Source: a virus (taxonomy: Duplodnaviria > Caudoviricetes). Taken from it: a stretch of DNA of 64,000 nt. Location: the IMG/VR virus record IMGVR_UViG_3300031994_004484. One strand, 5' to 3'. Both the position numbers and the translations under genes were made by a program. The notes under the pieces were generated by a model that ran no database searches, was not told where the DNA came from, and saw nothing but the letters and a program-made list of their open reading frames with translations. Below, in pieces: positions 47,818 through 57,006 of the stretch; the stretch's first letter is position 1; the number at the start of each line of letters is the position of its first letter.

Positions 47818-49037
47818 AAGACGAAGATATAGATTTCGGCAAATATTACGAACTTGATTGCAACAGGAAATATTTTTCGATTGATTTGCAAAGAGAAATC
47901 CAGTTCGATAGTTGTTTGGCTGTGAAACCTACGCATAAATCCGACAGTGCTTGCGGTACTTTTAAAGGCGGAGGCTGTTTGTGGTTTGGAACACTTGTAA
48001 TTGTTGACGTAAACGGGTTCCACGATTACGACACAAACAACGAAATAGAATTCGTGGCGGAAGATGTGATTTCAGAATATGAATTCAAAGACAGAGTTAT
48101 GCCTTTGTTTGTGCTAATAACGCCAGAGAAAGCGAGACTTGATTTTTTGAACGAACAGCTCGGAACAAGTTATGAATCACTTGATGATGTTGATTGGAAC
48201 TACATTTCAACATATCAGAAACTATCCGAGGACTTCATCCGTGAGTTCAAGGATAATGTTAATTGGTGTTGGATTTCGTCATACCAAAAATTATCCGATG
48301 ACTTCATCCGAGAGTTCAAGGATGATGTGAGTTGGTATTGGATTACAAGATGCCAGAAACTTTCCGAGGATTTCATCCGTGAGTTCAAGGATATGGTTGT
48401 CTGGGACCACATTTCGCAATGCCAGAAATTATCGGAGAGCTTCATCCGAGAGTTCAGCGACAGAGTTGACTGGAACTACATTTCAACATATCAGAAACTA
48501 TCCGAGAACTTCATCCGTGAGTTCAAGCATAAGGTTAATTGGTCTGATATTTCAATATATCAGAAACTATCCGAGGACTTCATCCGTGAGTTCAAGGGTG
48601 ATGTGAGTTGGTATTTGATTTCGTCATACCAAAAATTATCCGATGACTTCATACGTGAGTTCAAGGACAATCTTCACTTGTATTCAATAATGGACAACTG
48701 GGCATACAAGGATGCTGAGTTTTTGAAGGCACAAGTGGAGAAAACTGGCTTGTACGAATGCCACGACGATTACTTCATTGCGTATAAGGGAATTCGTTCG
48801 GACAGGTACTCAAAGTATAACTTCCAATACCAATACCTTCCTGGGGAGACATACGAATCATTCTGCGACTGTTCGTCAAGCGAAAACTCATTCGGCTTGT
48901 CGGTGTGGACAGAAGGAAAGGCGAAAGAATACAGTGACGAACTTGTCGTGAAGGTGAAGGTGAGATACGAGGACGTGGGCCGTGTCGTGCATAACGGAGG
49001 GAAGGTAAGGTGCAGGAAAATTACAATATTGGATTAA
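47814..49037 (+). CDS. Tryptophan-repeat solenoid protein
   Basis: 7 x 23-aa V.W..IS..QKLSEDFIREF.D; C-terminal IAYKG...Y..GETY domain. Confidence 0.8.
   Translation: MKDEDIDFGKYYELDCNRKYFSIDLQREIQFDSCLAVKPTHKSDSACGTFKGGGCLWFGTLVIVDVNGFHDYDTNNEIEFVAEDVISEYEFKDRVMPLFVLITPEKARLDFLNEQLGTSYESLDDVDWNYISTYQKLSEDFIREFKDNVNWCWISSYQKLSDDFIREFKDDVSWYWITRCQKLSEDFIREFKDMVVWDHISQCQKLSESFIREFSDRVDWNYISTYQKLSENFIREFKHKVNWSDISIYQKLSEDFIREFKGDVSWYLISSYQKLSDDFIREFKDNLHLYSIMDNWAYKDAEFLKAQVEKTGLYECHDDYFIAYKGIRSDRYSKYNFQYQYLPGETYESFCDCSSSENSFGLSVWTEGKAKEYSDELVVKVKVRYEDVGRVVHNGGKVRCRKITILD
48189..48671 (+). repeat. 7 tandem 69-bp coding repeats
   Basis: Unit core TTCATCCGTGAGTTCAAG at an exact 69-bp period. Confidence 0.95.
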
Positions 49038-49052
49038 AAAATTACTGATAAT

Positions 49053-49334
49053 ATGGATTATAAAAAATCAATGGCAAGGACATTTGAACTGCTTGATACA
49101 GTTGACATCAAGGAATTGATTTTCAATGAAAGACAGGACCGTGAAATTGAAACTTATGACCTGATGGATAAACTTGAGGAAATTCTAATGGAAGAGGTCA
49201 TGAAGTATCCAGAACTTGAAGGTTTTCTGTTTGATTGTGTATCTGAATGTGAGTTTATTGAATATATAGAAAAGAGATACAAAGGAACATTGTCAAACAG
49301 GGAAGTTATAAAAAATTATATCAGTATTATCTAA
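49053..49334 (+). CDS. Hypothetical protein
   Basis: 93-aa ORF. Confidence 0.65.
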   Translation: MDYKKSMARTFELLDTVDIKELIFNERQDREIETYDLMDKLEEILMEEVMKYPELEGFLFDCVSECEFIEYIEKRYKGTLSNREVIKNYISII

Positions 49335-49345
49335 TAAACATAATT

Positions 49346-49558
49346 ATGACAAACAAAGAAAAAACACTTGAATTGAAAAAACAGTATTACGACATGGTGC
49401 AATCAATAGGCGGCCATGCTATGGACCATGTTCTGCTTGATATGGCGTCATGGAAGGACGATGAGTTCATGAAGGTTTTAGTTGAAACAGACTACAGTGT
49501 TTTTGCCGACCGTTACGAATATATAAAAAATATCCAAAACAAGCTGAATATTGAATAA
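49346..49558 (+). CDS. Family C-related small protein
   Basis: MTNKEK...MASWKDDEF. Confidence 0.65.
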   Translation: MTNKEKTLELKKQYYDMVQSIGGHAMDHVLLDMASWKDDEFMKVLVETDYSVFADRYEYIKNIQNKLNIE

Positions 49559-49561
49559 TAT

Positions 49562-49978
49562 ATGATTACAGAAGATTACGTAAGTTTTGAGATTGCGAAA
49601 CTCCTTAAAGAGAAGGGGTTTGATGTAAAATGTGAATATTGTTATGCGGAGTTTAGTAAGGACGATATTAAAGTTATCGGCTTGTCGCCTGCTAAATTCG
49701 CACAATCTCTTAAAGAAGATAGATACCCGTATGTGACTCTTCAAACGGCTATGAAGTGGCTGAGGGAAGTACACGGCATCCACATAAATGTATTTCGTTA
49801 TCCTGCGGCATTTTTAGACGATAATAATGAACAACACAAACCATGGTGGTTTCAATACACACTCCTTAAACCAATTAAGGAAATTGACATTGACAGTCAT
49901 ATGATGAATGGTGAATTTGAATCGGCAGAAGAAGCTATGGGTTACGCAATAAAGTATTGTTTAGAAAATTTGATTTGA
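49562..49978 (+). CDS. Family B paralogue 1
   Basis: EDYVSFEIAKLLKEKGFD...TLQ.AMKWLRE...AIKYCLENLI. Confidence 0.85.
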   Translation: MITEDYVSFEIAKLLKEKGFDVKCEYCYAEFSKDDIKVIGLSPAKFAQSLKEDRYPYVTLQTAMKWLREVHGIHINVFRYPAAFLDDNNEQHKPWWFQYTLLKPIKEIDIDSHMMNGEFESAEEAMGYAIKYCLENLI

Positions 49979-49980
49979 TT

Positions 49981-50364
49981 ATGATTAAAGAAGATTACGT
50001 TAATTTTGAAACAGCAAAGCTCTTGAAAGAAAAAGGATTTGATGAAGAATGTAGTTGTTTTTACAACAATATTGATTATGGTACACCTGGATTGGAGGTA
50101 GACGGACAGCTTTATTATAAAAATTCAGCACTTGATGATTTAGAATATGCCGCTCCAACTCTTCAAATGGCCATGAAGTGGCTGAGAGAAAAGTATAACA
50201 TTCATATTGAACCTAGATACTTCCCGATGCCAAACATTTACAGGTATGTAATTATATATACACCAATCACGATTGAAAATATTAATTCACATCCGCAATA
50301 TTTCAATTCTTATGAAGAAGCTTGTGAAGCAGCAATTAAGTGTTGTTTAGAAATTTTAATTTGA
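49981..50364 (+). CDS. Family B paralogue 2
   Basis: Same motifs; start reassigned by paralogy. Confidence 0.85.
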   Translation: MIKEDYVNFETAKLLKEKGFDEECSCFYNNIDYGTPGLEVDGQLYYKNSALDDLEYAAPTLQMAMKWLREKYNIHIEPRYFPMPNIYRYVIIYTPITIENINSHPQYFNSYEEACEAAIKCCLEILI

Positions 50365-50366
50365 TT

Positions 50367-50750
50367 ATGATTGAAGAAGACTACGTAAATTTTGAGACGG
50401 CGAAACTTTTGAAAGAAAAGGGTTTTGACGAACCCGTTATGCACCATTTCACGCCAGATGGCGCACAAAGAAAATTCCAACAAGCGTTTTACAGAGACGA
50501 TGTTGCCCAACCAACTTTGCAGATGGCGTTGAAATGGATTAGGGAACAAGGTTTCTATATCAATGTTGACATTGATGTCGATTACGATGAAGATGAACGA
50601 GGCACAAAATGGTATCATAAACCAGCATGGGATTGGGCTGTTTTTCGGATTGACGAAAGAAAACAGATGTCTGATGACGGAGCGTTGTATGCAACCTACG
50701 AACAAGCTGCTGAAGCGGCAATTAAATGGTGTCTGGAAAATTTATTTTAA
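50367..50750 (+). CDS. Family B paralogue 3
   Basis: Same motifs; start reassigned by paralogy. Confidence 0.85.
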   Translation: MIEEDYVNFETAKLLKEKGFDEPVMHHFTPDGAQRKFQQAFYRDDVAQPTLQMALKWIREQGFYINVDIDVDYDEDERGTKWYHKPAWDWAVFRIDERKQMSDDGALYATYEQAAEAAIKWCLENLF

Positions 50751-50755
50751 GTATT

Positions 50756-51151
50756 ATGATTAAAGAAGATTACGTCAGTTTTGAAATAGCGAAGCTTTTG
50801 AAAGAAAAGGGCTTTGATGAAGATATTAATTTATGGTATGATGAAACTGGTGAAATGTTTTTCGAGCTTAAATACAATATAGGTCGTAATTGGAGAGTGA
50901 GAAATAACCAAAAGGTATATGAATGTCCAACTCTTCATATGGCAATGAAGTGGCTGCGTGATGTGCATGGTGTTCATTTAGCTCTATTTCCATACGATGT
51001 TGAAAACGGTGCCGTAAGGTATTTGCCTGAAATATTGATTATATCAAATGGAACTCAACAACTAGAATATGTCGAGGGGCTTAATATATGTGAATCTTAC
51101 GAACAAGCTGCTGAAGCGGCGATTAAATATTGTCTGGAAAACCTTATATAA
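50756..51151 (+). CDS. Family B paralogue 4
   Basis: Same motifs; start reassigned by paralogy. Confidence 0.85.
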   Translation: MIKEDYVSFEIAKLLKEKGFDEDINLWYDETGEMFFELKYNIGRNWRVRNNQKVYECPTLHMAMKWLRDVHGVHLALFPYDVENGAVRYLPEILIISNGTQQLEYVEGLNICESYEQAAEAAIKYCLENLI

Positions 51152-51154
51152 CCT

Positions 51155-51289
51155 ATGGCAAAAGCAGAATATGAAGTGGCAAAACAATGGTGTCATATCA
51201 GGTGTTTGAAACCGATGGAAGAGTGCAAGAACTGTTCAATACTTAAACATTATACAGAAGTTTTTGGAAAAACGGAGAAAAAACAGTAA
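51155..51289 (+). CDS. Small Cys4 protein (44 aa, not in ORF track)
   Basis: MAKAEYEVAKQWCHIRCLKPMEECKNCSIL..., 3 bp after the previous stop. Confidence 0.5.
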   Translation: MAKAEYEVAKQWCHIRCLKPMEECKNCSILKHYTEVFGKTEKKQ

Positions 51290-51320
51290 TGTAGATTTAC
51301 ATAAATAAAAAAACAAAATT

Positions 51321-51902
51321 ATGAAGTTTACAGTAGAAGATATTAAGGAAATTAACTCTGAACTTTTGAACATTAAAGTTCATTGCAACAAAGGGATTGT
51401 TTTGGACCCGTTTTTGATAAACAATTTAATTGGTCTAAACAGAATAAAAGAATATGATTTTGAAATATATTTACCCAAATACGGTATAAACCTGCAAAGA
51501 CCTTACGTGTGGAAAGACTACCAACAATCCGAATACATAATTTCCATTTTGCAAGAAAGACCTTTGGAAAACGTAATTGTTATCCAACATGAAACAACTG
51601 AAGGAAAAATAACAATGCAAATTTTGGATGGAAAACAACGCTTGACCACAATACAAAAATTTTTGCTTGGAGAAATACCAGTTACAATAAATAACAAAAA
51701 AGTATGGTGGGATGATTTTGACAAAGATGCAAAACGACATTTCAAATCACGTCTTTTAAGTATCACGGCTGTTGTTTACTACACATACGATGATGACAAC
51801 CTAACGGATGATGACAAAATACGCTTGTTTAACTTTTACAATTTTTCTGGAACACCACAAACCGAAGAACACAAAAACACCCTAAAAAAACTGTTAAAAT
51901 AA
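51321..51902 (+). CDS. DUF262 (GmrS/ParB-like) domain protein
   Basis: LQRPYVW, ILDGKQRLTTI, F...N. Confidence 0.85.
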   Translation: MKFTVEDIKEINSELLNIKVHCNKGIVLDPFLINNLIGLNRIKEYDFEIYLPKYGINLQRPYVWKDYQQSEYIISILQERPLENVIVIQHETTEGKITMQILDGKQRLTTIQKFLLGEIPVTINNKKVWWDDFDKDAKRHFKSRLLSITAVVYYTYDDDNLTDDDKIRLFNFYNFSGTPQTEEHKNTLKKLLK

Positions 51903-52113
51903 TTACCAAACAATATATTGAACAAACAAGGTTATGTATAATAAAACGAATATTGAGATAGACCATGCGGATATAGTAATAACACATGATTTTGGAAAAA
52001 TATCTGAAAAAATCGCTTAATATTTCCGATGAGATTTTTGAAAGAATCAAGTAAGTAGGTGAGGAATGACAAAAAGTTAAATCATTATTAGCAAGGACTT
52101 AAAGAATAGTTAA

Positions 52114-53610
52114 ATGAACTACGAAAAAGCATATAAAGATGCTCTTGAAAGAGCTAAGAAAGGTGAATGCCTTGAAAACATCTTCCCCGAATTCAAAGAT
52201 GAGAAGATGCGAAAAATGGCAATAAAAGCAGTACATGCTCCAGAAGCCCAAAGTTGCATTAAAAGTTGGGGAGTAAATCCAGATGATGTCATTGCTTGGC
52301 TTGAAAAACAAGGTGCGCAGAAGCCTATTATTTCAAACAACGCTCTCAGAGAAGGAATAGCACATTTTGGAATTACTCAATACCAGATAGATAATTGGTT
52401 AAAGAAGTATATTGATGTTGAAAAGCAAGATGAACTTCAATATTGGAAGCCGTCAAAAGAGCAATTAGAAGCATTAGATTATGCGTATAATAGTTGTCCT
52501 GATACTGAAAGAGGGAATTATTATGAGGGTGTCTTGAGAACTTTAATAGATGACTTATACAAGTTACAAGAAAAACAAAGTAATCAGAAATCAACTAAAA
52601 ATATTATGAATGTTTGGAAAGATATGCGTTTAGAGGTATATCAGCAGGCAAGTGGTAACAGACATGAACCTAATTATTCTGATGATACTACAAAAATGTT
52701 TTCCCTTAATGATATTGATGAAATAATTGAAAAAGTGAGCGAGCAGAAAACTGCTGATAAAATTGAGCCAAAGTTCAAGATTGGTGATTGGATTATCAAC
52801 AATGATAAAAGAATTGCAGCCCCTACACAGATATTAAAAATAGAAAAGTATGGTTATGTTACTTCAAGTGGGTACATATCATTTGACAAAGTAAAAACTG
52901 ACTATCATCTTTGGACTATTCAAGATGCAAAGGATGGTGATGTGCTTGTTGATAACTATGCAATAATTATCTTTAGAAAAATTGGTAATTATGTTTTGGA
53001 TGATGTTGTAGATTTTTATATATGTTATAGTTTTGAAAAGGGGATTATAATTCAAAGGCATAACTTACATTGTGGTTTTATTGACAGCGTATTTTTTAAA
53101 CCAGCAACCAAAGAACAGCGTGATATGTTTTTTCAAAAAATGCACGAAGCAGGATATGAATGGGATTTTGAAGTGAAAGAATTGAATAAGATTGAGAAGA
53201 AACCTGCTGATAAGGCTCAACCAAAGTTCAAGGTTGGGGATTGGATTACAAATAGTATTGAGACAGTACAAATTACTGGCTATGATATAGATTATGGGTA
53301 TCAAGTTGATTATAAAGGCAACTTACAGCACCGTGATACTGATATTATTGAAAAAGAATATCATCTTTGGTCTATCCAAGATGCAAAGGATGGTGATGTG
53401 CTTTATACAACTTGTGGTGGCAAAAACAAAATGATATTTATATATAACGGAATTGATATTGACTCAGTTTGTTGTTATTGTCTTTATTCAATTACAGGTA
53501 TTAAATACGAAATGTTTAATACTGTTTGTCATATTAAATCAGATATTTGCCCTGCTACCAAAGAACAACGTGATACTCTAATGAAAGCAATAGCCGATGC
53601 AGGAAATTGA
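52114..53610 (+). CDS. Family D modular protein with internal duplication; C-terminus truncated by fusion to an IS remnant
   Basis: Two PKFK.GDWI...HLW.IQDAKDGDVL...PATKEQRD units; ends AG|N* where the first unit continues AGYEWD. Confidence 0.8.
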   Translation: MNYEKAYKDALERAKKGECLENIFPEFKDEKMRKMAIKAVHAPEAQSCIKSWGVNPDDVIAWLEKQGAQKPIISNNALREGIAHFGITQYQIDNWLKKYIDVEKQDELQYWKPSKEQLEALDYAYNSCPDTERGNYYEGVLRTLIDDLYKLQEKQSNQKSTKNIMNVWKDMRLEVYQQASGNRHEPNYSDDTTKMFSLNDIDEIIEKVSEQKTADKIEPKFKIGDWIINNDKRIAAPTQILKIEKYGYVTSSGYISFDKVKTDYHLWTIQDAKDGDVLVDNYAIIIFRKIGNYVLDDVVDFYICYSFEKGIIIQRHNLHCGFIDSVFFKPATKEQRDMFFQKMHEAGYEWDFEVKELNKIEKKPADKAQPKFKVGDWITNSIETVQITGYDIDYGYQVDYKGNLQHRDTDIIEKEYHLWSIQDAKDGDVLYTTCGGKNKMIFIYNGIDIDSVCCYCLYSITGIKYEMFNTVCHIKSDICPATKEQRDTLMKAIADAGN

Positions 53611-53958
53611 GCATATCGGCAGGAACTACGACATTGCTGTTTCCACTGTTCATTCAAGTTACACAAGCAAGATGTGCCCGATATGCGGGTGCATAGATGA
53701 CGGGAACAGAACAACGCAGGAGGATTTCCGCTGTGTTGAATGCGGTCACGAGGACAACGCAGACCACAACGCGGCGGTCAACATAAGAAACAGAGTCGGC
53801 ACAACCGTGTTGTGCAAAAGGCTCTTAAAACAACTTGGCAACGGTGCATACGAACCAAGGAAGATGTCGAAAGACAAGGTGAAGGATGTGCTGTTGTCGT
53901 ATCGTGCAAGTCTTGAAAAAGATGGGGAATCTAAATTTTATTAGATTTTGTTGTACGG
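53600..53958 (+). mobile_element. Truncated IS607-like element: TnpB C-terminal fragment plus right end
   Basis: TSKMCPICG...CVECG..DNADHNAAVNI; ends TTTTATTAGATTTT...TACGG like 60551-60573. Confidence 0.8.
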
Positions 53959-54081
53959 TGATATTGTCCAACTCATATATCGGGGACATACAGGACGGAA
54001 CAAAGGAGGAGAAGAAGATGGGGAAGACGCCGTTTCTTATTAAGGATTTTATGTACATGTCAATTTAATAATTAAAGAATT

Positions 54082-54384
54082 ATGGAAAAAGTGTTTTTGA
54101 ACTCCGACGAGGATTATTTTAACGTGTGTGTTTCGAACATGATAGGGAATATACAGAGAACGTACTGTTCACAATACGTGGATATCGGAGATGATGGAGA
54201 CAGTGTTGAATGTAATTTTTGGCACAAGTATGTGTACGGAACCGGTGATGATGATTATGAGTGTATTCACGTCAACCGCAAGCCGAAGAGTTATCCCTGT
54301 GTTTTTGTATGGCATTGTAATGATGGAGACCATGAGTTGTACTATGCGAGATTTGTGTATCCGGAAGATTTTAGTTTAGAATAG
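54082..54384 (+). CDS. Hypothetical protein
   Basis: PKSYPCV...FVYP.DF motif. Confidence 0.65.
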   Translation: MEKVFLNSDEDYFNVCVSNMIGNIQRTYCSQYVDIGDDGDSVECNFWHKYVYGTGDDDYECIHVNRKPKSYPCVFVWHCNDGDHELYYARFVYPEDFSLE

Positions 54385-54410
54385 AAAAAAAATGAGCGAG
54401 GAATTGAAAA

Positions 54411-55052
54411 ATGGGAAGGCATAAGAAAAGAGGTCCTAAAAAAGGTTTTGAGGAGCGCAGGGGCTATAAGCGTGTAATGCTTCGGTATTGGAACAAGACC
54501 CGCTGCAAGCGTGAGGCAATGCGTTTCAAAAGTTATTCCGACTTTTACACGTATTCGCAGTCCGCATACAGAAGGGCGCAGGAGATGGGATGGTTGAAGG
54601 ATTACACTTGGTTAGAGAGAAGTCATAAGGTTTGGAGATGGAGCGAGGAGACCGTCATGGAGGAGGCAAGGAAGTACAGCACAAGATCCCAATTCCAAAG
54701 GGGCAGCAAGGGGGCTTATCTCTATGCTTGGAGGCACGGGCTCTTGGACAAGATGGATTGGTTCGTTGAGTTTGACGATGACACCATTGTATTCATGAAC
54801 CAATTGTTTGGGAAAATTTTCCGCCTCTTGACATCCGTAGGACTGTCTGCGACAAAGGAATGGTTGTTGGTTGAGAGCGGTAAGGAGGATGTGTACACGG
54901 AGAATCAGAGGAAGCTGTTGAAGGATTGGTCCGGCCGGGTGACAAAGAAATGGGCCTCATGGAAGAAGTTCAAGTGGAAGTACTATGACGAGATGAATTG
55001 GTACAAGGACAGGAAACCCGGAAATGAGGATGAGTTATTCATAAAAGATTAA
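54411..55052 (+). CDS. Basic protein with two W..E....EA.KY..R..F.....AY..A...G.L repeats (probable DNA binding)
   Basis: Repeat seen twice; no nuclease motif evident. Confidence 0.65.
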   Translation: MGRHKKRGPKKGFEERRGYKRVMLRYWNKTRCKREAMRFKSYSDFYTYSQSAYRRAQEMGWLKDYTWLERSHKVWRWSEETVMEEARKYSTRSQFQRGSKGAYLYAWRHGLLDKMDWFVEFDDDTIVFMNQLFGKIFRLLTSVGLSATKEWLLVESGKEDVYTENQRKLLKDWSGRVTKKWASWKKFKWKYYDEMNWYKDRKPGNEDELFIKD

Positions 55053-55134
55053 GTTATTATGTGTTTGTGGGCAGTCATACCGGTGAAATCGAAGGCATGA
55101 TTAGTCCTTGCAAGTAGTTTTACTAAAACTTTTT

Positions 55135-55199
55135 TTAAGAAAAATTAACATAATGGTGTTGCTGAGGTAACACCTTTTTTCGTATATTTGGGGTGTTAA
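55135..55199 (+). promoter_or_regulatory. 65-bp promoter cassette copy with internal hairpin
   Basis: TTAAG-AAAAA-TTAAC, GGTGTTGC/GTAACACC stem, TATATTTG at +48, GTTAA at +60. Confidence 0.75.
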
Positions 55200-55216
55200 A
55201 TTAAATGATAAAGGTG

Positions 55217-55477
55217 ATGACAAGGAAAGAAGAAATTAAAAAAGGCGCATTTGACGCTTTTACAAATGAAGGATGGGAGCGTCAGAGAGTGGCATTTGTT
55301 CAAGGCGCATTGTGGGCTGATGAATATCCAAGGAAAGGTCTTGTGGATATTGAAAAGGTTTGCAAAGTGTTAAACAGTATGTTGGCCGAAGTAACATATT
55401 TTGATAAAGGTTCAATAACAGAACATTATGACAAACTTGAATTTATTGAAGCTTTCAGAAAAGAAATGAAGGAATAG
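55217..55477 (+). CDS. Family C paralogue
   Basis: MTRKEEI...GA.WAD..PRKGLVDIEKVC...FRK.M. Confidence 0.8.
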   Translation: MTRKEEIKKGAFDAFTNEGWERQRVAFVQGALWADEYPRKGLVDIEKVCKVLNSMLAEVTYFDKGSITEHYDKLEFIEAFRKEMKE

Positions 55478-55481
55478 CATT

Positions 55482-55775
55482 ATGGGAAGAATAGATGAAT
55501 GGTATAACGCGGCAGAAGAAGAATATCCTCCACAAATGGGCTATTGTGATATGGGGGATATTGATTACAACTGCGGGTATCGAGAGGCGTTTGTCAAAGG
55601 TGTTGAACGGGGAGAGAGGACGATGATTGAAAGGACGTGCAAATGGTTAGAAGAAAACATGAGTGTAGTCAATGCAAACGCTGTAAACTACGGGGATATA
55701 AGTTTCGCCGCATCGAAAATTATAGGTGGAAAGGAAAACTTTGTTAAAGAGTTCAAAAAAGCGATGGAGGGATGA
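55482..55775 (+). CDS. Family C paralogue
   Basis: MIERTCKWL...FKKAME. Confidence 0.75.
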   Translation: MGRIDEWYNAAEEEYPPQMGYCDMGDIDYNCGYREAFVKGVERGERTMIERTCKWLEENMSVVNANAVNYGDISFAASKIIGGKENFVKEFKKAMEG

Positions 55776-55778
55776 AAT

Positions 55779-56033
55779 ATGACAAGAAAAGAAGAAATAA
55801 ATGAGCAATGTTTTGTCAATGGCTTTAATGACCACGACAAAGAGTTATTCACAATCGGCGCGGAGTGGGCTGATTCACGTCCAAGGAAAGGCCTTGTTGA
55901 CATTGAAAAGGTTTGTATGTGGTTGAAAGAAATGATGCAAGGACATCTTGTATTAGAAGTATTAACTGGCGAACACTATGAAACTGATTTAATCAAAGAT
56001 TTCAAAAAAGCAATGGAAGGAGGCGAGGAATGA
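55779..56033 (+). CDS. Family C paralogue
   Basis: MTRKEEI...GAEWAD.RPRKGLVDIEKVC...FKKAMEGGEE. Confidence 0.8.
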   Translation: MTRKEEINEQCFVNGFNDHDKELFTIGAEWADSRPRKGLVDIEKVCMWLKEMMQGHLVLEVLTGEHYETDLIKDFKKAMEGGEE

Positions 56034-56284
56034 CAAACAACGAGCAAAAAGCAAAGAAAATAGTTGATAGCATATTTTCAACAGGATTAAACACTTATAA
56101 AACATTTTACGAAATGGCGTATAATTCTGCAATGGAAATGGCCGAATGGAAAGAACAGCACATAATTGAAAAGGCTTGCAAGTGGCTGAAAAATAACTGT
56201 ACATATACACACCCGAGAACAGGCAAAGAAACATGCGTTGTCAACTTGAATGCTTTCAAAAAAGCGATGGGGGAACAACAATGA
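56030..56284 (+). CDS. Family C paralogue
   Basis: KAK.I...MAEWKEQ..IEKACKWL...FKKAM. Confidence 0.8.
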   Translation: MTNNEQKAKKIVDSIFSTGLNTYKTFYEMAYNSAMEMAEWKEQHIIEKACKWLKNNCTYTHPRTGKETCVVNLNAFKKAMGEQQ

Positions 56285-56481
56285 CAAGACAGGAATATTA
56301 CAACATAAGGGAAGAGTTCGCGACATTGTCAATGGTGAAGAAATTCCTACAATGCACCAAGGACATGCTGGAGACATACCCTTTCTTCAAAGAATGGAAC
56401 ATGGCTGAGATAAAAGAGTTTCTCGACAAAAGGGAGACGGAGATGGAATTAAATGTGGAACATAAATTAGGTGTGATATGA
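56281..56481 (+). CDS. Hypothetical protein (start reassigned to 56281)
   Basis: ATGA overlap with the previous stop. Confidence 0.6.
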   Translation: MTRQEYYNIREEFATLSMVKKFLQCTKDMLETYPFFKEWNMAEIKEFLDKRETEMELNVEHKLGVI

Positions 56482-56969
56482 TGACAGAACGAGAAAAACA
56501 ATTATTGTTAAAAGACCTCTGCTCAAGGTTGCCTTATGATGTCAATGCGAAAGGCAACTATGATGTATTTGACGACAATGGCAATGTAGTTAAAATGGAG
56601 GCTACAGGAACAGTCGAGTGGGTTTCCAAAGAGTATGCGACTATAGGCTTCGAAGGTATATATTATTCCATAAACTGTAGAATTGATACCGTTAAACCAT
56701 ACCTCCGCCCAATATCATGTATGACGGAGGAAGAAGTTGACACTTTATTCAATGTTCTTAAAATTGACGAGAAACGCGGTGATTGGTTAAAGGTGAACGA
56801 CATAGGGATTATTCGACTTTTCACTGAAGCAGGAAAAGACTTTTATGAAATTGCCGCAGCGTTTGATTATCTTAACTCAATCCGTGTAGATTATCGTGGT
56901 TTGATTGAAAAGGGCCTTGCCTTGGAAGCACCTGAAGGAATGTATAAAATTGTGGCAACACGTGTGTAA
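56478..56969 (+). CDS. Family A paralogue
   Basis: KDLCSRLPY, KPYLRP, DYRGLIEKGLALEAPEGMY. Confidence 0.85.
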   Translation: MMTEREKQLLLKDLCSRLPYDVNAKGNYDVFDDNGNVVKMEATGTVEWVSKEYATIGFEGIYYSINCRIDTVKPYLRPISCMTEEEVDTLFNVLKIDEKRGDWLKVNDIGIIRLFTEAGKDFYEIAAAFDYLNSIRVDYRGLIEKGLALEAPEGMYKIVATRV

Positions 56970-57006
56970 TCACCGGAAAAAAATAAATACTTAAAGAATT
57001 TTTATC

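Noticed and set aside
48189-48671. CRISPR array
   Set aside because: Contiguous in-frame 69-bp coding repeats without unique spacers; no cas genes (the two RuvC proteins are TnpB with IS ends)
47814-53610. Diversity-generating retroelement (template/variable repeats)
   Set aside because: No reverse transcriptase in the window, and differences between repeats are not adenine-specific
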